Shown: positions 1-10,237 of the stretch, piece by piece
How the letters are laid out: every line of letters starts with the position of its first letter
How positions within the stretch are numbered: the first letter of the stretch is position 1
Assembly (NCBI GenBank): GCA_001275005.1
Contig: JWZX01002042.1
Span: 1-32,641, forward strand
Length of the DNA stretch: 32,641 nt
Direction of reading: 5' to 3'
Source: Chrysochromulina tobinii
Lineage: Eukaryota
Position numbers and translations under genes: made by a program
The notes under the pieces: generated by a model
Told to the model about the DNA's origin: nothing
Databases searched by the model: none
The model's input: only the letters and a program-made list of their open reading frames with translations

Positions 1-1611
1 CGCGCGCTGTGCCACGATGGCTGCACACGCGTCGTCGCGAGCGCCACCGAATGGGAAGGACGCCGCGCCAACGGCGCGCGGAAGCGCGTCGCCCACGACG
101 GCGCCCATCCAGGTCGCGATGAGGAGCATCGCGAGTGCAAGTGTGAATGTGAATGTGGCCATCTTGGGTGAGCGTAAGGGTGAGCGCAGGTCGGGCGTGA
201 GCACGCCTCGCACGCCTCGCGCGCCTCCATGACCCAGGCGCTTGCCATGAGACGATGGAGCCATGGACGGGGCGATGCTGCTGCCACCGTTCGGCGGGAG
301 CGGTTTGATCGTGACGGAGAGTGCCGCGTGGTCAAGGTTGAGGTCGTGGTCGAGGTAGGGCGGCAGTGCACAGAAGAGAGGAGCACAGCACGCACAGAGC
401 GCACACACGAAGCCGCAAGCCATCGCGACCGTCCGCCAGCCGAACTCGTCAAAGCTCACCTCAAACACACGAGGGAAGCCGATGGTGACCCCGTCAGCCG
501 TCGCCAATAGTAAACCGACGAGCAAAGGTAGGGGATCACTCGAATAAGCACTCGAGCGCACGTGCCGTGCGACGAGGGTGACGAGCACGGGCAAGTCGAC
601 AAGCGCCATGGCGAGCAGGAGCGCCACGCGTGCCGTCATGTAGGCACCGACCGAGTGTGCCGTGCCGAGAGCAGCGCAGCCCAAGCCCAGTACGAGCAGC
701 CCGATGCTGGCGAGTCGCGGCGCGGAGATGGCGTCGATCGCGGGCGCCACCAAAAGAGTAAGGATCGGGCGGAGGAGCACACACGTGGTGGCGAGCACGC
801 CCCCGTCGCTGATCGAAGGCCTTCCGAAGACCTCCGCCGCAGCCGCGCCCGTTGCCGTCGGCAGCACGCGCGCTGCGCATGTGGCCACCCCGAAGGCAAC
901 GACGCTGCCAACGATTGGTAAAAAGATTGGGCCGAACCACGACAGGCTGCGCGGCGGCGCGGGCGGCGGCGCGGGCGGCGGCGCTGGCGGCGGTGCGGGT
1001 GGCGGCGCGGGTGGCAGTGCATCAGGCGCCGGGATGAAGGCTTCTTCATCATCCCCGAAGTAGCGCACGACGTATAGTGGAGCGTCCGCCTGAGCGTCCC
1101 TTGGAGTGTCCTCCTGAGCGTCCTCCTCTTTGTCTAGCGACTCCGCTTCCGTATCATCGACCAAGATGCCAACGGTGCGGTACGCTTCCACCAAGAGCTC
1201 GGCCTCAGTCATCGGTGGGGCGGCGACCGGTTCCTCGGGAGCCCACGAACCTCGTCCGAGGGCTACCACCAGATCCGCTGACGCCACGGGTGCTGCGGCC
1301 AGAGGGGCTAGCTCTGAGCTTGCTGACCTCGTCGCACTCGATGTGCGCGTTGGCGGGCCGGCGAAAGTTGTCTCCTCGTCCTCGAGCCACTTGTATTGCT
1401 CCTTGATCACGTGGGCTTTGTCTCCTTGCTGGCTTGGTGAGCGCTTTGCAAGGTTTGCCGAACGCGCGCGTTCGATCCGCGAGTCAACATGTTCGGCACT
1501 CGCCGGCACGGCAAGGCTGTCGACATGCAGCCCTTCCTCGCTTTCGCGTCGCGTGCGCGGGATGAATTGAACCGGGCTCGGCGGCGGCTGGTGCCCCGGC
1601 GGTGGCGTCAT
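1..1611 (-). CDS. Putative MFS-like multi-pass membrane transporter, 3'-truncated by the window edge
   Basis: Hand translation: ATG at 1611 (MTPPPGHQPP...) stays open to base 1, so the ORF track misses it (no stop codon). Acidic/Pro-rich N-terminus, then successive hydrophobic helices (WFGPIFLPIVGSVVAFGVA, LASIGLLVLGLGCAALG, ARVALLLAMALVDLPVLVTLV) and the MFS-like motif FGWRTVAM. Confidence 0.65.
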   Translation of the reverse strand, partial: MTPPPGHQPPPSPVQFIPRTRRESEEGLHVDSLAVPASAEHVDSRIERARSANLAKRSPSQQGDKAHVIKEQYKWLEDEETTFAGPPTRTSSATRSASSELAPLAAAPVASADLVVALGRGSWAPEEPVAAPPMTEAELLVEAYRTVGILVDDTEAESLDKEEDAQEDTPRDAQADAPLYVVRYFGDDEEAFIPAPDALPPAPPPAPPPAPPPAPPPAPPRSLSWFGPIFLPIVGSVVAFGVATCAARVLPTATGAAAAEVFGRPSISDGGVLATTCVLLRPILTLLVAPAIDAISAPRLASIGLLVLGLGCAALGTAHSVGAYMTARVALLLAMALVDLPVLVTLVARHVRSSAYSSDPLPLLVGLLLATADGVTIGFPRVFEVSFDEFGWRTVAMACGFVCALCACCAPLFCALPPYLDHDLNLDHAALSVTIKPLPPNGGSSIAPSMAPSSHGKRLGHGGARGVRGVLTPDLRSPLRSPKMATFTFTLALAMLLIATWMGAVVGDALPRAVGAASFPFGGARDDACAAIVAQRA

Positions 1612-1874
1612 GTTCTGCAAGGATGTTCTGACTCAATTCAATTGCGAGAAAAGTTTTGCGACACGACGCCACGTTTCGGAGCGTCACAGAGGGCGAAATT
1701 GCATGCAACGGTGTCAAACGAGCAACCGAGAAAGCGCCACGAACCCTCCATCGTGTTCAGACACGGGGTAATACATTCACATTCACACACGCGCCATTCA
1801 CGTCCTCCATGGTCGGAAAGCGTCCCGTCCGTGTCGTCCCGTTGTGCGTGACGCCAAGTCGCTGAGTGTACCTT

Positions 1875-4800
1875 ATGGTCGATGCTGCGCTCGTGTACCG
1901 TCGCGGCGTTGAAGCGTTCAACTCCAACGACTTGGTGTCAGCACGTGCCCACTTTGAGGCGGCCACCTTGGCCGCACCAATCGCTTGGGAACCTCTCCTT
2001 TCACTCGCGCACGTACACGTTCGTGCTGGCGAGGTCTTTGCGGCAGCAGAGAGCATGGACGCTGCTGTGGCCCGCTTGTCGGCGTCGGCGGCGGAAAGAA
2101 CGACGATGGACGCCTTTTGCTCCGCGGCTCGGCCGCTGCTACCAGTTCTGCCACAAGGACGTGCAGTGGACATTTGCAATTCGCCAAGTGCGCAGTATGA
2201 CTTTCCCGGGCCGCCATCCACGCCAGTGCCATTGGAAGAATCCCGAGCAGCAGCAGCAGCTCCGCTCCACCTCACAGATCACGCATGCAGCTCGAGCGCT
2301 GGCCAGCTGGAAGCACGCCATTTGGTCTGCGCTGCCGAGTCGTCGGCCACTCCATTTGACACCGAGGCTGCTGCCTTGCTGAGCGCGTCCACCTTTGGGG
2401 AGGGCGTGTGCGTGTGCGCGTCCCTGCATGAGGGCACGAATGCTGATTTGGAGGATTGGCTCGCACAGTACCGCTGCTCCACGCGAGGAGGCAGCAGCCG
2501 ACGCCCCCATTCTGGCGCCCATGTCGTGCTCTACGACGATCGGCGTTTGTCGGGTGTCGAATGGGAAGCTGCCTCGTGGTCGCTAGAACCGTGGGTCGAA
2601 TCGGGCTGGCTCACCTGGAAGCACACAGCACCGGAGCCACACGATAAGCGAGCGCAAGGTTCGTCACAACACGAGCACTTGCATGCGACGTCGCCCTCCG
2701 CCTCGGATGCCCGACGGCCTCCCGGGCAGGCGCGTCGCGTCGCGTGCCATGAGCAGCTTGCACGCCATCCGGGGTGCAACTGGATGGCGATGATCGAGGC
2801 ACCCTATGAGAGTCTCGTTCACGGGAGCTCGTCGGAGATCCCGCAGCGAGATCACGGGAGCTCGTCGGAGATCCCGCAGCGAGATCACGGGAGCTCGTCG
2901 GAGATCCCGCAGCGAGATCACGGGAGCTCGTCGGAGCATAGAGGGGCTTGCGAGCAGTCGCGAGCGCCGCCGGTATCGACGACTTCGATCCCATCGCAAG
3001 ACGTTGAGCCCGACGCGGGCGCGTCGGCGAGCGCGTCGCCGAGCGCCAGGGGTGAATGCCCTGCTGCCGCCGGTGAAACCAGCCGCTCACGCCTACCTGG
3101 CGATGGCACAATGCGAGTGGGCGTCGTGCGCTTCGGCCTAGGCGGCTCGCGCCCTTCTCGCGGTTCACAGCTGGAGGTTGAGCTGCCGGTGCGCCCGTTG
3201 CCGGTGGTTTCGGATCGTCGAGAAGCCACGTGGGGGCGCTGCATCCGGACGGACGGAACGCTGTGCGCATCGCTCGACGAGACGGCGGTACTGATCCGCC
3301 TCACGGGCACGCACGAGTCTACCGCAGGGGCTGATGACAATCACAATCGGACGCACGAGTCTACCGCTGGGGCTGATGACCATCACAATCGGACGCACGA
3401 GTCTACCGCTGGGGCTGATGACAATCACAATCGGACACTCGATCCGTATGGCACTCTTCATCATCGGACGAAGGACGAAACGTCTCGTCGACGTGGGGCC
3501 AATAGTGCGGTGCCACCGCTGCTCTGGCCACCGACGGCGCTCGGTGCGCTCAGGGTTCACCGATACACTGGCCGCGCTTGGGGTGATCACAGCAGTGGGA
3601 GGGGCGATGGCCGTAGAACGGGGCATGTTGGACATGGGGGCAAAGATGGGCGGGGAGGGCCGAGCGGCGCAACTTCACACCGCGCAGCTTCACACTCAGC
3701 TTCACAGCGCCTCTTCGGCCTCGTCGTCGATCCGTTCGGAAGGGAAGCTTTCGAGGCTTGCTTGGCAACGGGCACGCCCAGCTATGATCGCGACGACGCG
3801 CGCAGCGGCAGCGACGACGCGCTCGCTTTTGGCTCTTGGGCAGCAGCCGCCTCGGAGGCTGTGACGCACGGTGACGGCCTCGCCATGTTTCGAGGCGCGT
3901 TGAGCCGCGCCGAAGCTTCTTTGCTACGTGAAGACCTTTTGAGCGCGATCCCGCCCGCAAAGCGCACGACGCGTGTCTTCGCCAACCACATGTGCCAGGT
4001 GCGATCTCCCTTGATCTCCCTTGGTTGCCCTTGATTGCCCCCGATGGCCTTCTGAGCGCTCGTTGGCTCCGTGGCCGAACAGTGCGTCGAAGGAGAGCCG
4101 CGCTCATCGGGCCACGACCCGAGCTGCGAGCCACTCTCTCCCGTGCTGCTGCAGCTCGCAGCTCACCCGCACGTGCTCCGGCTCGTGCGCTCGCTCTTGG
4201 GCGAAGACTCGAGGCTTCACAACGCCGGGCTCTCGCTCGTCACGCCGCCTCCCGAAGCAAAAGGCGAGACGCCCGGGACGACGCCCGAGCGATGGCTCGC
4301 TGCGCCCGGGACGACGCCCGAGCGATGGCTCGCTGCGCCCGGGACGACGCCCGAGCGATGGCTCGCTGCGCCCGGTACGACGCTCGCTGCGCACCTGCCC
4401 CATCAGGACCAGCCCGTGAACAGCGCGCGTGTGTGGAGAGGGCGCGCACCGCCACCCACGCACCCGCTCTCGCTGCAGGCGCTCTGGATGCTGGATGACT
4501 TCACTTGGGACAATGGGGCCTTCTACACGCTTCCTCGCACGCAACGCCGAACCGAGCACATCGACTCGTGGGCTACGGAGGCCGCGTCTCGCGCCAACGC
4601 GTCCTCCGCGGCGGCTATGCGCGCCGCCGCGGCCCGCGGGCTCCTACCCACGCGTCTCGTCACCGGGCGCGCTGGCGACGTGGCCTTTGCGCTCGGCTCC
4701 CTCTGGCATGCCCCCTCCACATCCCTCCCGGGTCAACGTCCCCGGCTTGCGCTCCTCTTTGAGTACGCACCCTCGTTCGTGCAGCCACGGGACCGGTACT

Positions 4801-6285
4801 CGCCCGCAGTGCTGCGTCGTCATCGGCTCCCCGAACAGCTCTGGCCCATTTTCCCACTGCTCCAGCCACATGCACATGGGCAGCGGCCGGTGCCGTCCTA
4901 TGGTGCCGCCGAGTCTCCATCCAATGCACCCTGGACTTCTTCCGCCGCTTTTGCCTCCAATTCTTCCGCCCCTTTTGCCTCCAATCCTGCCGCCGCTTCT
5001 ACCGCCAATGCACCCTCATCCGGGCCCAGGGCAGTGGATAGGGGCTGCGGGCCTCAGGACGTCGTCTCCGTGTTCGAATGGTATGCGATGGCGCGGGAAC
5101 GGCCCTGGTGCGTGCACGCGCGCACTCGAGTCGTGCTGCGTGGTGGCGTGACAAGCGTGCCGGTAGTCGGCCTTGGAACGGGATCGCCCGACGATGAGCC
5201 GGAGGTGATCGCGGCGGCCCTTCGAGGAGTATCGGATGACCTCTGATTGCATCTGATGACCTCTGAGTGCCTCCCTCATCAGGTGATCGCGGCGGCCCTC
5301 GAAGAGTATCGGATGACCTCTGATTGCATCTGATGACCTCTGAGTGCCTCCCTCATCAGGTGATCGCGGCGGCCCTTCGAGCAGGCTTCACCCTCATCGA
5401 CACCGGCGAGCTCTATGGCAACGAGGAGCGCATCCGCGAGGGCATCCTATTGAGCGGCATGCATCGTGAGAGCTTGATTCTCTCGAGCAAGGCAGGCCGC
5501 TGGTGCGAGGGCGAGTTGCCACCAACGGTCGCCGCGCGTCTACCTGCCGAGTATCGATCGCACGCGCAACAGGGCAGCCCACTTCTACGCGGAGTCTACC
5601 CAACACCCCGAGGCACTCTAGGGCGTGGTGTGTGCATCGGGGGTGCGGCCGAGACGCGCGCCGCGCTCGAGAGGACGCTCGCCCGGCTCGGCACCGAGTA
5701 CGTGGATCTCTATTTGCTCCATTGGCCTCTCACGCATGCCGCCTATGCGCTGGATGACGCTCGGCATGCGGCCGTTCGTCTTGAGGCGTGGCGGGAGCTC
5801 GTGCGCCTCAAGAGGCGTGGCAAGATCCGTGCGATCGGCGTGAGCAACTTCTCGCCGCGCCAGATCGACGAGATTGCGCCCATTGAGATCCCACAGCTGG
5901 TGCAGGTTGAGTTGCATCTGCAGCTCCAACGGCCGGAGCTGCGCGCCTACTGCGAGGCACGAGGCATCTTGCTCCAGGCGTATGGCCATCACCGTCCCGA
6001 GCTGCGAGCCCATCCGATACTGGCGCTGGCGGCGGAGGTGCTCACGCGCGGCACGTCGATGGCACAGAGCAGCAGCAGCGTTGGGCTCGTCGGTATGAGA
6101 TGGTCGCTGCAGGCCGGGGTAACGGTAATCCCTCGCTCGCGCCGGCTGGCTTACGTGCAGGACAATGCGAGGGTCTTCGAAGTGCCGCCTTGACGGACGA
6201 TATGCTCCAGGTCCTCGAGGGCGTCGATGCGAATGCGAGTCTGTATGGACTGCACGAGGCGTTCGTACAAGATTGGATTGCGTAA
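1875..6285 (+). CDS. Multidomain protein: TPR, degenerate GT92/GT-A-like region, PhyH-type Fe(II)/2OG dioxygenase, aldo-keto reductase
   Basis: Exons 1875-3998, 4083-5204 and 5360-6193 (or to 6285 after a frame slip near 6188). Both introns are phase-0 GT-AG and join in frame (NHMCQ|CVEGE; DEPE|VIAAAL). TPR: YRRGVEAFNSNDLVSARAHFEAA. PhyH: PHQD...LQALWMLDDFTWDNGA...GDVAFALGSLWH...RLALLFEY. AKR: VPVVGLGTG, IDTGELYGNE, LGTEYVDLYLLHWP, GKIRAIGVSNFS. Confidence 0.8.
2820..2936 (+). repeat. 33-nt in-frame coding tandem repeat x3.5 (HGSSSEIPQRD)
   Basis: CACGGGAGCTCGTCGGAGATCCCGCAGCGAGAT repeated perfectly. Confidence 0.95.
3309..3434 (+). repeat. 42-nt in-frame coding tandem repeat x3 (THESTAGADDNHNR)
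   Basis: Units start at 3309, 3351 and 3393 with one or two substitutions. Confidence 0.95.
3999..4082 (+). other. GT-AG intron (84 nt) built from decamer repeats
   Basis: CAG|GTGCG ... GAACAG|TGC. Contains GATCTCCCTT GATCTCCCTT GGTTGCCCTT GATTGCCCCC and an in-frame TGA (4032). Confidence 0.8.
4271..4390 (+). repeat. 33-nt in-frame coding tandem repeat x3.5 (PGTTPERWLAA) just before the PhyH HxD motif
   Basis: Units start at 4271, 4304, 4337 and 4370. Confidence 0.95.
5205..5359 (+). other. GT-AG intron (155 nt) made of two stacked 78- and 77-nt units, with a 24-nt flanking direct repeat
   Basis: AGGTGATCGCGGCGGCCCTTCGAG at 5203-5226 and 5358-5381, with a degenerate third copy at 5281. Removing the intron restores the AKR N-terminal sequence. 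Confidence 0.85.
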
Positions 6286-6757
6286 CCGTAAGGGCACGGT
6301 TACGATCGCGATAGCCGATCGCGATCGGTCGGATTGTGTAAGGGCACCGGGTATATCGGAGCCCATACGATCCCGGTCGGGTCGAGACGAGATTAACGCG
6401 CGTTGCGCGAGCGGACTAGTCTACGGCCGGACCTAGCGTAGGCGGATCCGCGAACCCAACGGCGCGGCGTGAAGTCCAATAGTCTACGGCCGCGGCCTTG
6501 CCGGGCCGTAGGCGGATCGCGAACGCGCGCTGCGGCGTGAAGTCGATACGTACGACGATTTCATAAACGAATTGTACCACAACACGCTATCTCTCGCAGA
6601 GCTGGTCACCACTGCCTGCCCCACCAACCGAATCGGCGCACATCAAGGCCAGCCAGTGGCAAGACCACCCAACCAACCAGCTTCCCACTACCCGCGCCTC
6701 GGAATATGACGCAGGGTTGAGGGTATACCGTTGGTAACGGCCGGCTAGATCAGCTGC

Positions 6758-7729
6758 TCATGCCACCACGAGCTCGCGCGGCGCCTCAGGCGCAGCCCCG
6801 GCCGCCGACGCGGGCGCGTCTGCCACGATCGGGACGCCTGACTTGGCTGCCAGAACACTCTGCTTCAGCATTCCCGCCTTTTCACGGGTCAGGCCCGCCT
6901 TCGCCAGCACCGCACTAGGGATCAGCATCGAGCTGAATCCGAGATTCACCTCCGCCGTGGGGGCCGATGACGCCGCCGCCGCCGCCGCCACCGGCGCTGC
7001 CGCCGCGGCTGGCAGGATGACGGAGTCGATGATGTGGATGACGCCATTGGTGCACTCGACATCGGTCGTCACGACCTTGGCGCCGTCGACCATGACGCCG
7101 TCCGCGCCGACCTTGATGCTGACCTCGGCGCCGTTGACGGTGGGCACCTTGGCGCCATCCATGGTGACGACAGCGCTCGCCATCACCTTGCCGGAGACGA
7201 CGTGGTACGTGAGGATCGCGGCGAGCTTGGCCTTGTTCTCGGGCTTGAGGAGCTCCTCGACGGTGCCCGCGGGCAGCTTGGCGAAGGCGGCGTCCGTTGG
7301 CGCGAAGACGGTGAACGGCCCCGCGCTCTTCATCGTGTCGACGAGGCCGGCAGCACCAAGCGCTGCGGCGAGGGTCTTGAAAGCGCCGGCGCCGACCGCA
7401 GTGTCGACGATGTCGGCCATCTTCGGCGCTGCGGCGGGCGCGGGTGCAGGCGCAGCAGCGGCCGTGATATCGCCCGTGTTGGGACCGGGGCCGAACTTTG
7501 CGACACGCAGGTTACGGCTGGAAGGCCGAGAGACGCCAAATGACTTAGCTTTGCGCTTGCCCTTCGCCGTGCGCTTGTCGCCGCGACCCATGAGCACATC
7601 GCCGGTGCGCGCGACGGGCGCGACGGCGGCCGTCGGCGTTACCACCGCGCTGGCCGTTCGGCAGGCGGCCAACTGGTATCCACTCGCAACCGCGATGAGC
7701 GCGACGTGGCCGATGAGGAAGAGCTTCAT
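6758..7729 (-). CDS. PSRP4: Plastid-targeted bTHX/PSRP4 (30S ribosomal protein S31/Thx) module fused to a fasciclin FAS1 domain (323 aa)
   Basis: ATG 7729: signal peptide [18 protein letters not shown], then an Ala/Thr/Arg transit peptide ending [28 protein letters not shown] (7591-7523) matches the Thx/PSRP4 consensus. FAS1 at 7420-7011 (DIVDTAV...[17 protein letters not shown]...ILTYHVV...[13 protein letters not shown]). Confidence 0.85.
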   Translation of the reverse strand: MKLFLIGHVALIAVASGYQLAACRTASAVVTPTAAVAPVARTGDVLMGRGDKRTAKGKRKAKSFGVSRPSSRNLRVAKFGPGPNTGDITAAAAPAPAPAAAPKMADIVDTAVGAGAFKTLAAALGAAGLVDTMKSAGPFTVFAPTDAAFAKLPAGTVEELLKPENKAKLAAILTYHVVSGKVMASAVVTMDGAKVPTVNGAEVSIKVGADGVMVDGAKVVTTDVECTNGVIHIIDSVILPAAAAAPVAAAAAASSAPTAEVNLGFSSMLIPSAVLAKAGLTREKAGMLKQSVLAAKSGVPIVADAPASAAGAAPEAPRELVVA

Positions 7730-7949
7730 TCGGAGACGCGAGGAATTTCTTGTTCTTCTCGCTCGGAGATCAGACCTCCGTTCGTGATCGCAAGGTGGAC
7801 AACGGGAGTTACCTTTTTTGCTGCAGTCTCCTTTGCGAGGAGGGCGTATGGGCGAGGACTTCAAAATCTGCTCATGTACTTTTTGCCGTTTCAGAACTCT
7901 TCGGAGGCTTCCGCGCACTCGAAGGTCATTTTGATTTCCAAGGGGAACT

Positions 7950-8871
7950 ATGCCGCCTCGTAAAGCGACTTCGCCAGCACCGCAGCGACGGGCGAGGTCG
8001 CCAGCACTGCAGCGGACGGGCTCGGTGACGATACCGACCCTCGAGAACTGGAAGTGGACTGCTGGCAACACTGTGACCGGCAACGTGTACGGAAAGCCCG
8101 GCACTCCCGATGGCACGCAGATGATGACCAGCACTGTGCCGCCCGAGGGCAGGCTTGGGACGCACGTGGTGCGCGTGCTGCCTCAGAGTGCTCTCGCCGC
8201 CGCCACCGCTGCTGTTGCGGCTGGCTGCTGCGCGTGTGGCCGCCTGCTCGCGTAGCTCTGCGTGTGAGCGTGCCGCTGACGCACGCCGTCGCATTGTCCA
8301 GGTGACCGAGTCGGGCAGTTCCTACCTGCTCGGGAAGCCCGAGCAAGTCTCGGGCAATAGCGGCGGGCTCGAAACTGCAGAGCAGGGCTTAACGACTGGT
8401 GAGGCACTCACGCTTCTTGAGAAGGAGGCTGGAATTGAATGCTCCTGCAAGCTCGTCCTTCTTTTCGCCGTTATGAGCATTATAATCCAGGCCGTTTCTT
8501 ATCTCATCTTTTGGCCCGCCTTTGGCGAGAAGCTGACAATGGTAATGCACTGGATAATCTCCCTTTACTGGGTGTCGCAACATGGTTCTCACCCGGAACG
8601 TTATCTCCTTGGAATGAAACTGATCTCTACGCACTCTCTGAAGCCATGGCGCTCGCCAGTCGGCTTCTTTGTCATGCAAATATGCGCGATGTTCCTTGGG
8701 GCTACTCTTATCGGTTTCCTCCTCCTTTTCCCATGTGGCTGTTGTGGTACTCCGTATCAGAGCTGGCTCGACACTCAGTTCAGTGTCATGTGGGTGAGGT
8801 CTGCAGACTATTCAAAGTTCATGGCAGTCAACGAGAAGCGGATTCGCCGTGTCGACAAGTACGACGACTAG
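7950..8871 (+). CDS. Hypothetical membrane protein with an N-terminal SANTA-like beta domain and about 3 TM helices
   Basis: Exons 7950-8168 and 8302-8871 with phase-0 GT-AG intron 8169-8301. Spliced motif LENWKW...VTGNVYG...TS...[12 protein letters not shown]. Hydrophobic C-terminal half with a PCGCCG motif. Confidence 0.65.
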
Positions 8872-10050
8872 CGAGGATTTCGTGACGACTTTGTCGACTC
8901 TGGCGCATGCTAGTTCCTCTTGCTCGGTGTCTTCTTTGCGGGGCATGCCTTGCCTCTGTATGCTGCAGCAGCTGCTGCCCCCCTTCGCACGCAGCAGCAG
9001 CTGCTGCCGCCTCCCCATATCCCTTGCAATAGCACTGGGAGCCCCTCCCCCTGGGCACGTGCAGCTGTGTGAGACCGAGTGGGATCGTGTGTGTGAGGGG
9101 CAGTGTAAGGGGCGGTGCCATGGGGCGGTCGGATCAAGAGGGCTTGGCCCTGGCCCGGGTCTTGGCCATGCGTGCATGACTGTTCGAGGCGTAGCCGCGA
9201 CGACTGAGGTGGAGTGGCTGCGATCCGATCATCGGTCCACCGCCCATGGAGCATGGCGCTCGTCGCAACGTCGAATTTGATTACATTCGTGGGACGGTGC
9301 TGGGTCGGGCGGGTGCGTCATGGGGTGCGTGGTTTCTCGTGTCTCGGTTGCGGAAGTCACCGTTCCGCGTTGTGATACATTGCGTTGATATCAATGCCCG
9401 TACGATCGCGTATGGCGATGGGAATGGCGATCCTTTCGCGCCAGGCCGTGCCACCCCCGTCCGGTCGTGAAGGCTCGTGCTTTTCAACTTCCGGTCGTGA
9501 ATGTTAAACAAAAAACAACCGTGACGCGAATACAGTGACGATGATAGAAAAAGGCGCATCGTCGGGATCTGGCTCGGCCTCGCCCTCGGGCTCGAAATCC
9601 GACGTAAAAAAGCTATAAAGGTCGAGCCGCGCGGCAAAGACGAAAGAATAAGAGCACAAACCACGATGGCACAAATTGGCATAACTCCAAAGTCCGCGCG
9701 CGCTGTACCGGTACGCACGCCCGCGCACGCGACACGAAAAACGAGCCGCAACAGCGCAGTCACGGCGATGGGGGTGCAGCGAGCGCATCATCAAGGTCAC
9801 TGGCAACGCATGCCGCCTCGCAAAGCAATCTCGCGCCAGCACACCGCAGCGTTAGACGAGCTTTCCCGCGGGATGACCCGCCTCATGCGCTCATCTGGCG
9901 ATTGAACTCCCCACATTCCATATCCCAGGGTACACCGGCAGCTCCCACAGGAGAGAGAGGCCATTCCAGCTCGCACGAGCAGGTTCGCTTGATCACATCG
10001 GCTCGAGGGGACGTTGCGTCGGTCTTGAGGAGGTGGTACGAGCGCCGTGA

Positions 10051-10203
10051 TGAGCACTTGCATGCTGGCTCGAGCGCGGGAGCGTGAGGGTGATTCAAAT
10101 TGCTCCCATTCAAATGGCTCGAACGCGGGAGCGTGAGGGCTGGTTGTGACGCCGTGGTGAGCACTTGCATGCTGGCTCGAGCGCGGGAGTGGGAGGGCTG
10201 GTA
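10051..10203. repeat. Dispersed short direct repeats downstream of the gluconokinase-F-box gene
   Basis: TGAGCACTTGCATGCTGGCTCGAGCGCGGGAG occurs at about 10051 and 10158, with a partial copy TGGCTCGAACGCGGGAGCGTGAGGG at about 10115. Confidence 0.8.
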
Positions 10204-10237
10204 GTGAGAGGCCGAGAGGCCTCGCGTCACCCGCCGG

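Noticed and set aside
7730..8134. 135-aa N-terminal extension of the FAS1 ORF
   Set aside because: It overlaps the divergent gene and promoter. The signal peptide begins at ATG 7729.
8849..9763. Several 70-160 aa ORFs between the membrane-protein gene and the F-box gene
   Set aside because: They have no recognisable motifs, overlap in conflicting frames and have UTR-like composition.
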